From: Eledone cirrhosa | Lineage: Eukaryota | DNA: 64,000 bases | Assembly: GCA_964016885.1 (NCBI GenBank) | Contig: OZ024745.1 | Location: 90,024,001-90,088,000 of the forward strand | Direction: 5' to 3' | Shown here: positions 25,791 to 37,891 of the stretch, piece after piece | Layout: the number at the start of each line of letters is the position of its first letter | Position numbering within the stretch: position 1 is the stretch's first letter | Translations under genes and position numbers: made by a program | Notes under the pieces: generated by a model | What the model was told of the DNA's origin: nothing | The model's input: only the letters and a program-made list of their open reading frames with translations | Database searches by the model: none

Positions 25791-26265
25791 TAACATTATT
25801 TTAGAAATTAATATATAATTTAATTTAAATGTTAGTTAACCTATAAATTTAATTTAATTAAAATTCTACTAAAGATGAGATTATAAAATATTGTGTAATC
25901 ATAAATTGCGAAAAACTTTTAAATATTACTAATATATACTTCGTAAATTAATTTATAGATTAATTTTAATTTATTTAACCTTTTATTAAAATTCCTTTAC
26001 AGATAAAATATAACAAAATATCGTGTATTCAATGACAGAGAAATATTTTTTTAATATTATAGACCTAATTATTGTACATTTTAGAAATATATTTATAATT
26101 TGGTTTTAATTTGGTTAACCTAAAAATTTAATTTAATTGGCTTAAAATTAAAATCCTAATACAGATGGATTGCAGAGTGTCATGTAATCATAGACTGAGA
26201 TAGGTTTTGGATGTATACCTAGTTAATATATTCTTTGCAATTTTTGAAAAAATATGTATATATAT

Positions 26266-26313
<48 letters not shown>

Positions 26314-26986
26314 ATATATATGTGTGTATATATATATGTGTATATATTAATTTTAATTTCTGTTTACCTATAATTATATTCTACTATAGATAAAATACAA
26401 TATCTGTTTTAATTATTATAAACCTAATTAACATATACTATAGAAATTAATATATAATTTTTAATTTAGTTAACCTATAATTTATATTCTACTACCGATG
26501 TAATACTTTATTTGGTTTTTTTCCCTATTACTAAATTCATTTCCTAATATTGATACCATAACGTTAATAATTTTAATTTAGTTATACTATAATTAATACT
26601 CTACTACTATTTAACTTCAATATTCCGCTTCAAATATTATAAACCTAAGTAGTATACACCTTAGAAATCAATATATTAACTATCTTTAATTTAGTTAACC
26701 TATAATTAATAGTCTACTTATATTAAAATGCATAATTTTGCCTTCTTTCTTACATTTCCTAATACTGAAACTACTATGTAAACACATATTATGATCTAAA
26801 TGCAGATTAATATTCTATGTTTCTTGAAACCTATATTTACTATAATCCCCCCCCCCTTTCCCCCTATTATTATTTGTATTTGTAAGCGTGGATGTATGTA
26901 TGTATATGTAGGTAGGTATGTATGTTTGGGTGTTTGTATGTGAGTATAAAAATACATATATGCGCATGTAAATAAGGGTGTATGAT

Positions 26987-27087
<101 letters not shown>

Positions 27088-27240
27088 CAAGGTTTTTATG
27101 TGGGTATATGTGTTTATGTATATGTATGCGCGTATATACGTCTATGTGTATATGTGTGTATGTGTATATATGTACGTATGTGCGCATGTATATGTGAGTG
27201 TGTGTATATATATATGTATATATATATGTATATATATATA

Positions 27241-27621
27241 TACGATATTGAATGAATGGAGGCTGTATTTGTAGGGCCGTGTTTGTTTCATTATATATGT
27301 TTCAGGGATGTCATATTGACGATGTGTTGTGCCTTCTTCAGAGAAAATACAATATAGACAGTTTTATAAATAAATAGATTTGACATACCGTTCAACATCG
27401 ACTTGTATTTGAAAAGTTGATTTGGCAGTATTTTGTCTGAGGAGGGCATAACATATTGTTAGTGTGATGTCCCTGAGGTATGTATGATGAGATAGATGTG
27501 GTTTTGTAGATGTAGTTTCCATTTATTTAGTATCGTAAATATACTCCAAATACTTGTTGAGTGCTTTTATATCAGTTATAAATATTTACTAGTTGTAACC
27601 CAACAATTTAAATATAACTTT

Positions 27622-27624
<3 letters not shown>
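27241..27624 (+). mobile_element. Fold-back HHR mini-element (family of 6878-7297), A-to-G hypermutated in both arms
   Basis: Arms at 27241-27350 and 27428-27537; tail 27540-27624 abuts (TA)n. The antisense HHR keeps CTGAAGA..GAAA, while the sense HHR reads CTGAGGA..GAGG. Confidence 0.85.
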
Positions 27625-27691
<67 letters not shown>

Positions 27692-27741
27692 AGTTGATGT
27701 GTGTATGTGTGTATATATATATATATGTATGTATATGTATG

Positions 27742-27774
<33 letters not shown>

Positions 27775-27865
27775 ATATATGAGTATATGTATGTGTGTGC
27801 ATATTTGTCTGACTATGTGTATTAATTTATTTATTTATTTATTTATTTTATTTCTTTATTTTTAT

Positions 27866-27915
<50 letters not shown>

Positions 27916-28229
27916 ATATATATGTGTGTGTATATATATGTATGTGTGTATGTATGTGTATGTATATGTGTGTGTGTGTGTATGTGTGTATATATTTATA
28001 TGTGTATATGTATCTCTATTTATATATGTATATATGTGTATGTATATCCCTTTATTTATGTATGTCTGAGTTGTGTGAGCGTGTGGTTGTGTTTGTATGT
28101 GTATACGCATGCATGGATGTGTATGTATGTGTATATATGCGTATATGTATGTGTGTATGTGTGTGTGTGTATATATGTATGTCTATGTATAAGTATGTAT
28201 GTGTATGTATGTGTATGTATATATATGTG

Positions 28230-28265
<36 letters not shown>

Positions 28266-28279
28266 TTTATTATATTATA

Positions 28280-28310
<31 letters not shown>

Positions 28311-28342
28311 CTTTGTATGTGTGTATGTGTATATGTGTGTAT

Positions 28343-28414
<72 letters not shown>

Positions 28415-28499
28415 ATATATATATATATGTATATGTGTGGGTATGTATGTGTATGTGTGTATATACATGAGTGTGTTTATATATGTGTATAGATATATG

Positions 28500-28532
<33 letters not shown>

Positions 28533-28905
28533 TGTGAATGTATATATATATGTATGTGTGTATATATATATATATATATATGTGTGTGTATATACGTATA
28601 TGTCTATGTATTTATATGTGTATATGTATGTATCTCTATATGTATGCGTGTGTGTATGTATATGTGTATTTATATGGTGTGTGTATGTATATGTATGTGT
28701 ATGTATGTGTTTATGTATATGTGTATGTATATGTATGTATATATATATATATATGTGTATGTATATATATATATGTATATGTATGTATATCGATGTATAT
28801 TTTATATTTTACTTGTTTTTATATATAAATATATATATATATATATATTTTCCTAATATTTTTCTTTTTTCTTTTTCTTTTTCTTTTTCTTTTTCTTTTT
28901 CTTTT
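27625..28905. repeat. ~1.3-kb compound (TA)n/(TG)n microsatellite followed by (TTTTTC)n
   Basis: Direct inspection. Confidence 0.95.
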
Positions 28906-29472
28906 TATTTCTAAATTTATAGATACATTTATAAATAGGCAGTTTTGCTGACACCAGTGAATACTGACCTCTTCCCCCCCCCCCCCACCTACTTTCTGTA
29001 TCTGGATCTAAATATGTGTGGCAGTGTTTATGTGCGCGCATTAATGTCCATATGCTTATGATAATGGTATATACACATATATGTGTGTGGGGGTGTGTGT
29101 GTGTATGTATGTTCGTGGTTGTGTGTATGTTTATGCGTATACGCGCGTGTGTGTGTGAATGTATGTATGTGTGTGAGTATATGAATGTGTATATATTTAT
29201 TTTTATATTTATATGTTTATATGCGTATACGTATTTTATCTGTAGATTATAAACATACAGAGACATTAGCCCTGAATTTTTGTATTTACATACATCTTTT
29301 CGGCATGCGTATGCATGTGAACATATATTTTTATGCATATCTGTGAACGAAGTTACTTACATATATACACACACCTAACTGTATAAACTTTTTGTGTTTT
29401 CATTGGTCAATTTGAACTCTGTTCCCAAACAGACCTGTAATTTTGAATTGTTGTTATTATCAATAAATATAT

Positions 29473-29626
29473 TTCATTATTTCTGAAGACGGCATATATA
29501 TGTGTTGGTATGTATATTTAATTTTGATAGTTTGTATAATTTTGTATAATTTTGTACATAGATCTGTTGAATATGCATGCCAATTCTAACACATATATAT
29601 CCTAGAAACGATCGTTAAATAATGAA
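29473..29626 (+). ncRNA. Type I HHR with 10-bp stem I and extended stem II
   Basis: TTCATTATTT-CTGAAGA-..ATATATATGTGTTGG...CTAACACATATATAT..-GAAA-CGATCG-TT-AAATAATGAA. Confidence 0.88.
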
Positions 29627-29849
29627 CTTTTTTTGTTTAATATAAGGAACTGTTTCATTGTTTTATTCATTATTTTTTAATATTTTATCTTGACTCTGTA
29701 TTCCGTTTATCTTTCACCGAAAGTGATTTTTCATTGCATCTCTTCTTTCCATGATATCCGGATTACATTGAGTTCTTCATACGGATTGGACAGTACCGTA
29801 AACTCTTGGTAGATTTATCTACATATATATATATATATATATATATATG

Positions 29850-30527
<678 letters not shown>

Positions 30528-30759
30528 ACTACGGCTTAATACGGGATGTTTGTTTACAAACACACCGAGCATTATAATAAATGTTCGGTGAATCCATACG
30601 TGCATATATATATGTGTGCATGTATGTATGTATATATACATACTACTGTACGTCTGTATACATATATGTATGTACGTATGCATACATATATTTAAGTAAC
30701 AGCCGTACTAAGAGTGGGAATTGAAATTTCGTTTGATTTTTTCTGTATATATATATATA

Positions 30760-30779
30760 TATATATATATCTCACTCTC

Positions 30780-30837
<58 letters not shown>

Positions 30838-31363
30838 AAAGAATAGAGGTGTAACACACAAGTTATTATATATTGGTAAACGGAATAGAAAATGCTGACA
30901 AATTGTTCACAGTTGAAAAATGGTTTAATTAGGAATAAAAGAGTATTAGTGATTGTATGGGTTAGTATTCAGTTGTGGCTTTAAGTTTTTAAGTTTTTAC
31001 CGGTTGCGCATTTCTAAATGCTTTTCAAAAATAATTTTGAGATAGAGTGTCCGTGTTGTTTGCTCTGATCTGATTAGTTTGGGGGAATTCTACCTGTTTT
31101 TATGTTAAAAAAGTGCTCCAGCGTTACTTTGGTGTTGCAAAAATTCTTGTGGTCAAAACAATTTTGATTGGTCGGTAGAGGTCATGTGAATGTAAAAAAT
31201 TGATTTTGCGCCAAGACTGTTTTTATGTTAAAAAAGTGGCTCCAGCGCTACTTGGTGTTTGCAAAAATTCTTGTGGTCAAAACAATTTTGATTGGTCGGT
31301 AGAGGTCAGGTGAATAAAAAATTGGTTTTGCGCAAAGATTGAGAAATGACTCTTTCACAACAA

Positions 31364-31431
<68 letters not shown>

Positions 31432-32144
31432 TAGTAGTAAGGTGTTAGATGTCAAAAGGTAGAAATAAAATCCTGGACGAATTCTGTGAACACATCACAA
31501 ACTTCCCTTACCAACACTTGCACAGACAAAAACACAAGCCAAACCTCAACAAGAAAGAATGGGAAGAATTAAATAGATTAAAAACCGACAGAACCATTAC
31601 AATTAAAGAGGCTGATAAAGGGAGTACAGTAGTCATTTCTCAATCTTGGCGCAAAACCAATTTTTTATTCACATGACCTCTACCGACCAATCAAAATTGT
31701 TTTGACCACAAGAATTTTTGCAAACACCAAGTAGCGCTGGAGCCACTTTTTTAACATAAAAACAGTCTTGGCGCAAAATCAATTTTTTACATTCACATGA
31801 CCTCTACCGACCAATCAAAATTGTTTTGACCACAAGAATTTTTGCAACACCAAAGTAACGCTGGAGCCACTTTTTTAACATAAAAACAGGTAGAATTCCC
31901 AAAACTAATCAGATCAGAGCAAACAACACGGACACTCTATCTCAAAATTATTTTTGAAAAGCATTTAGAAATGCGCAACCGGTAAAAACTTAAAAACTTA
32001 AAACCACAACTGAATACTAACCCATACAATCACTAATACTCTTTTATTCCTAATTAAACCATTTTTCAACTGTGAACAATTTGTCAGCATTTTCTATTCC
32101 GTTTACCAATATATAATAACTTGTGTGTTACACCTCTATTCTTT

Positions 32145-32196
<52 letters not shown>

Positions 32197-32215
32197 GAGA
32201 GTGAGATATATATGA
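30760..32215. repeat. ~570-bp inverted repeat enclosing (GT)n and a 190-bp PLE ORF fragment
   Basis: 30760-31343 is the reverse complement of 31637-32215. 31449-31636 encodes ITIKEADKGSTVVI. Confidence 0.85.
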
Positions 32216-32253
32216 CATATATATATACAGAGAGAGTGAGATATATATACATA

Positions 32254-32708
32254 ATGAGTTCCATGTATTTTATTATGCGCATTTCAAAAAATAATATCAT
32301 CAAGCAATAACATTTGTGTTTTCATCAGATGAAATAGGAGGACATGATATGAAGGTTAAAAACACTTGTGGATAGTGCAGTTTTAAATCAACATATGAAA
32401 AGTAGTTTTAGATTGATGTCCCCAATATCACACATCAATCTAAAACTACTTTTCATATGTTGATTTAAAACTGCACTATCCACAAGTGTTTTTAACATTC
32501 ATATCATGTCCTCCTATTTTATCTGATGAAAACACAAATGTTATTGCATGATGATATTTGTTTTTGAAATGCGCATAATAAAATACATGGAACTCATTTA
32601 ACCATCCTTTGATCTTATATATTATGTATACTCCAGTCCTACAAACTGTAGAGTGCTTCTTATGCGATATCTGCATTGCTTTATTGTACTACAATAAAAC
32701 TCACCTCC

Positions 32709-32712
<4 letters not shown>
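32254..32712 (+). mobile_element. ORF-less fold-back copy of the Naiad terminus with two HHRs (32266-32336 minus, 32515-32585 plus)
   Basis: Arms at 32254-32419 and 32432-32597. The tail closely matches 22550-22662 and ends in (TA)n. Confidence 0.9.
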
Positions 32713-32747
<35 letters not shown>

Positions 32748-32844
32748 CTCCCAGGTTCAATCAGTGGCAACCACAGTTATCAAGGTACTCAGTACAATAG
32801 TAAAATACAAACATCAAGTTTAATTTAGTAATGGTTTCTATAGG

Positions 32845-32886
32845 ACTAGAATTGTTTCATTTCATTAAAAAGAAATCATCAGAAGA
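32845..32886 (-). ncRNA. Minimal HHR-like motif within a short fold-back (32830-32940)
   Basis: CTGATGA-TTTC..GAAAt-GAAA-CAATTCTAG; stem I is weak. Confidence 0.45.
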
Positions 32887-33199
32887 GCATTCCTGCTGAT
32901 TTATTTCCAATGAAACAGTTCTAGTCCTGTAGAAACCGTTTCTATATTGAAATTGATATATATATATATATATATAAACAAGCAAATTATAAACGTAAAC
33001 ATGTAAGTATGTTTTTGAAGCGGTGCGCGAGTTTGAAATTAGAAATTAGAAATTATAAGCTTTCACCGTATTTTACACTAAAGAAATTTCTAGCCTGATA
33101 GTGGGATTTATAACCCTCGGAGAAATGGAAAAAGATGAGTGTTGCCGTACAATACAACCTCTTGAGGTGAATTAGCTTACAAATTTAGAAGGGCCCTAG

Positions 33200-34134
33200 A
33201 TAAACTTAAACTAAATATTAAGATAGTGGAAAGACCAGATACCTCCATAAAAGCACTAATTAGTAATGCACACCCTTTTCAAAGACCTCCCTGTATAGAT
33301 TGGAAATGCATAATCTGTAAGCTAAGCCCCTGTATTAACTGTAAAACTAGAAACATAGTATATAGCATAAGATGTACTGAGGGACTATGTAAAGATAAGA
33401 GTATAGTGTATATAGGTGAGACAGCTCATAGCATAGGAGAACGATTAAATGAACACTGGCGAGGACTCCAAGATACAAAAGACTCATCAATACTCCACCA
33501 ACAAGCTAAAATAGAATATAAGGGCAAATTAGAGAACATAGAGATAAAAATAGAATCTACACACAGAAAAGACGCAATGGTTAGACAAATCACAGAGGCA
33601 ATAAACATAAATGAACTCCAACAAAAATTAAATAGAAAACATGAATGGAATAGCAACATCACAACTTATAATTAAGGACAAAATGAAAACACACACACAT
33701 AGAACAACCAACTAACTAGTAACATGTAAATAAACAAATAAATAAACAAATAAATAAACAAATAAAAACACATACAGACACCCGGATGTAACACATGCGC
33801 AAACTAAGCACACAACACTCACAAAAACAAGATGGCGTAGAACAGAACAAAGGAGAGGCACAAAACAAAGAAAAGAATCCCCACTCACTGAAGAGGTCAC
33901 AGAATGTGTGACGAAAGAACTTTGACAATTCATGAACAACCATCTGGTTGTGGAACCAACCAACCAACCGTAAATTTATAAAATTCATATTTATAAAATT
34001 TATAATAAATTGAAGTAAAACAACTGGTGTGTGTGTTTCTTATTGGCAACATGACCCTCCCAAAGTGTAACAATATCGGTTTCAACACACGTTTTCAGAT
34101 AAAGAATCTTGCTAAACAAATTCAGAAAGGAACG

Positions 34135-34137
<3 letters not shown>
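33200..34137 (+). mobile_element. 3' fragment of a PLE (zinc finger + GIY-YIG 33226-33675, 3' UTR, HHR) ending at (TA)n
   Basis: PC...KC.IC...C..RNIVYSIRC...VYIGET..SIGER.NEH..RQITEAINI..LN.K.EW. Confidence 0.88.
33885..33925 (+). ncRNA. Minimal type I HHR
   Basis: TCA-CTGAAGA-gGTCAC..GTGAC-GAAA-GAAC-TT-TGA. Confidence 0.75.
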
Positions 34138-34183
<46 letters not shown>

Positions 34184-34274
34184 CGGTAAAAAGCCAGGTT
34201 CGTGCCCCACCCACGCATGAGAAAAGGTTCAACAGAGTTGCTGCCATTATATATATATATATATATATATATGT

Positions 34275-34393
34275 GAAGGCGTGTGGCTGAGTGGTTAGAG
34301 AATTGGATTCGCAAGCGTAAGGTTGTGAGTTCGATTCCTGGACCAGGCGATGCGTTATGTCCTTGAGCAAGACACTTTATTTCACGTTGCTCC
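34275..34393 (+). mobile_element. 5' part of a tRNA-derived CORE-type SINE (OR-like); another remnant at ~51720-51830 (minus)
   Basis: A-box TGGCTGAGTGG, B-box GAGTTCGATTCC and CORE-like TGTCCTTGAGCAAGACACTT. Confidence 0.75.
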
Positions 34394-34492
34394 TTCTACC
34401 TGGAGTTGCGACCGATAGATAGTATTAGCAATTGGAAAGACCAACGGAAACATTGTTCCCTCGGTCCGATTTGACGAAAGTCGATCGTTTCA

Positions 34493-34529
<37 letters not shown>

Positions 34530-34567
34530 GATGATTTCATATGAATGAAGCCATATATATATATATA

Positions 34568-35307
34568 CAATATATTAACAAATGGAAACTATATTTATAG
34601 AACCATATTTATTTTATTATACATATTTCACGAGCCACCAAGGCAAATTATGGTGCGCTTTCATCAGATAAAATACAATACAGAATTAGTTTTATAAATA
34701 AATATTGACATTACCTGAAAAAATACAACCTTAACGGTTGGAGCTTCCTGGATAGTGGAGATAATTAGATTTATTGTGGGTGATATAAAGTTATGATTGA
34801 GTATGCAAATGGGTGTCCGAAAAGTTTAAATAACGGTATATTTAAATTAAACTGTTGGAAGAAGGTGATATTGTGAGGGAGAGAGAAAAAAAAGGAAAGA
34901 GAAAAAGAAAAATTGGTTATATATATTTTGCCAGTGGAATAGTGTGAAAAGAGTGTAGGGTGATTATATTTAAGTGAGAGAAAATATTATTTATAGAGGA
35001 CAAATATAGATTAAATGTGTTTACGTGAGAGGGAAGAAGAAGAACCGAAGAAACGAATATAGCGTGGATGAATAATAAAGCAGGATTTGTTGCGTTATGA
35101 CTATATTATCAATAATGATAGGTTGAAAAATTTGATTAAAAGTTTAACTAATAGACTTGATTAAATGTTTAATTAATAATTTAATAATTAGTTTAAATGT
35201 GTATGTTAAGGATTACATTTACTCCACTAAACTGTTGAGTGCTTTATATCAGTTATAAAAATAGTTTAAGCTTGTTGAATCCCAACAAATTAAATATAAC
35301 CTCTGCA
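34568..35307. mobile_element. PLE-end element of the 6878-7297 family (HHR 34610-34675 on minus; family tail 35225-35307 on plus)
   Basis: Matches 6970-7100 and the reverse complement of 6878-6960. (TA)n on both sides. Confidence 0.75.
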
Positions 35308-35326
35308 TATATATATATATATATTT

Positions 35327-35410
<84 letters not shown>

Positions 35411-35713
35411 TTAAGGATACTATTTATGGTTATGTATGTAATAAAACCTTTTATGGTAATATATTTTTTATACAAACCCTAAATAGTGAAAGATAGTCAT
35501 TAATTACAGGTGTATGCGAAAAAATGATTTAATAATTCAGCCCACATAATAATATCGATTGCCTGCTTCAACTGCCTGACCCTGCAAATAACATTCTGAC
35601 GCACTCTAATCCTGTATAAATAAGACACGCGTGCATGCTACACGTGAGATTGTTTCATACACTAACTACTCTAAACTTTCCTCTTGCTTTATCTTCATAA
35701 ACTGCCAATGCTT

Positions 35714-35860
35714 CATTTTTATTTTCATTTTTATTTTTATTTTTATTTTTATTTTTATTTTTATTTTTATTTTTATTTTTATTTTTATTTTTATTTTTAT
35801 TTTTATTTTTATTTTTATTTTTATTTTTATTTTTATTTTTATTTTTATTTTTATTTTTAT
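35714..35860. repeat. (TTTTTA)n hexanucleotide microsatellite
   Basis: Direct inspection. Confidence 0.95.
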
Positions 35861-35997
35861 CCTTTAACCTTTATATGTAAATTGCCATGCTGTATCATTT
35901 TGATGGATGTCATCCCACTGTGGATCAATATGTGCATATGTTTTATATGTCTCTTGTGTTGAAAATGAGGTCAAGTATGTTATAGATCACTAAATAG

Positions 35998-36046
35998 TTG
36001 CTCCGAAGAATTCAAACCTCGGTTTGGAGGAAACAATTGTAAGCAA
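35998..36046 (+). ncRNA. HHR-like motif with CCGAAGA core
   Basis: TTGCT-CCGAAGA-..AAACC tc GGTTT..-GAAA-CAATTG-TA-AGCAA. Confidence 0.6.
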
Positions 36047-36307
36047 ATAAATGATTTAAACTGAACTTTGATTATTGTAATCTCTCTCTCTCTATATATA
36101 TATATATACGTTTGTGTATTTGTTCTGCAAGATTTCTGATGTGTAATCGTGTGTTGAAACAGATATTGTTATAGTTGGATATGGTCATTGCCAATTTTTT
36201 TCACACCTTCTGTTAACCAGCCTTGAATACTTTTATACATGATTTAGGAGATAATGCAGTGATGATAATTTTATTATCATTATTATTTTATTATTATTAT
36301 AATAATG

Positions 36308-36700
36308 ATGGTTTTTAGATTTAGGCACAAGGCCAACAATTTTGGGGGAGGGTAACGTTGATTAAATCGACCCCGTTAGAATGAAAGGCAAAGCTAAATC
36401 GGCGGATTTGAAGTCAGAACTTAAAGGGACGTAACTCTATGTCACAAAGCATGTTGTCAGACGCTCTACCAACACAGCCAATCCACCACCCTAATATTAA
36501 TTGTTTTTACTTCAGGCACAAGGCCAGCAATTTTGGAGGAGTGGAATGTGCATTACTGGTACTTTATTTTATCTACCCCGTAAGGATTATAGGCAAAGTT
36601 AACCTCGGCGGGATTTGAAATCAGAACATAAAGGGCCATAACTTTATGCTGCAAAGCATAGTGTCCGACGCTCTACCGATTCTGCTAATCCACCGCCCTC
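36308..36700 (-). mobile_element. Two tandem Meta-domain-like tRNA SINE copies (36308-36492, 36500-36700)
   Basis: Reverse complements of the 4254-4470 family. Confidence 0.8.
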
Positions 36701-37865
36701 ATAGTATAGACATTGCGTTGAAAACTGCAACAATTGGATTATCCACATATCTAAGGGAATCACATGATTGGATGATCAAACTCGTTTTGAAACACGAAAG
36801 CACCAAAAGATCATATTCCATTACAAAAGATGCACAAAGATACAGTAATGGACTACAAATTTCAGAAGTCCCATTTACTGCTGAAATGGAAAACACAGAA
36901 AAAGCAAAGCAGGTAAAAGTAACTGCAAAGAAAGAACTGCTACAGAAACTGGCTAAGAAATGGCAAGAAAAGCCTCTGTATGGAAAATACCCAGAGCGAG
37001 CTAACAATCCTGATGTTGACAAAACTTTAACCCATCAGTGGTTGGCATCCTCTGGACTGAAATCGAAGACTGAAGGACTGATTATATCAGCACAAGATCA
37101 GTGTCTGCCACAAAAAATTACCAAGCCAACATAATAAAAAATGGATGCAGCCCATTATGCCGTGTATGCAAAAAACAACCAGAGACCATTGACCATATAA
37201 TTTCAATGTGCAGTCCTATAGCTCCAACCGAATACCTAAACAGGCATGACAGAGCTGCACAATACATACATTGGATAATGTGCAAGCATTTTGACCTGCC
37301 CCATCAAAAGAATTGGTGGGAGCATCAACCACCTCCCATACTTGAAAAAGATCACATCTCAATCTTGTGGAACTTTAGCATCCAAACAGACCGAAAAATA
37401 GATGCAAATAGACCTGATATAATATTGAAGGACTTTCAAAGGAGGGTATGCCTGCTAATTGATATGTCTGTTCCAATAGACAAGAATGTATCTATAAAAA
37501 CATTTGAAAAATTGAGCAAGTATAAGGACCTGGAGATAGAAATTGGAAAAATGTGGAAATTGAGAACTAAAACAATACCAGTGGTTGTAGGCGCTCTGGG
37601 AATGATACCTAAGGGGTCTAACGACTACTTATCGCAAATCCCAGGAAACCCGCGTATAGGAGAAATACAAAAGATAGTACTAATGGGAACTGCCCATATA
37701 CTAAGGAAGATCCTGTCAATATAAGTACATCACAAGTCTAAACACTAAGGATGCATGTGTGAATATGTGTGTTCTTTCTTGAACATGGCGGACCTTGTTG
37801 TCTCTTGAGGTCACTGGTTGTGACTTGGTGATAACTCGTATAAACATAAAGCAAGATAAATGCAA
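36701..37865 (+). mobile_element. 3' fragment of an R4/Dong-clade non-LTR retrotransposon (restriction-like endonuclease), family A
   Basis: AQDQ.L, CRVC..ETIDHIISMC, RHD, RPDII..ID, K.SKYKDL and IPVVVGALG. One frameshift; ends in (AAT)n. Confidence 0.88.
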
Positions 37866-37891
37866 ATAATAATAATAATAATAATAATAAT

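Noticed and set aside
27241-27537. C-to-T deamination (APOBEC/RIP-like) as the cause of the arm asymmetry
   Set aside because: It is symmetric in an arm-to-arm comparison, but sister copies and the invariant HHR GAAA show the ancestral bases were A/T, so the polarity is A-to-G.
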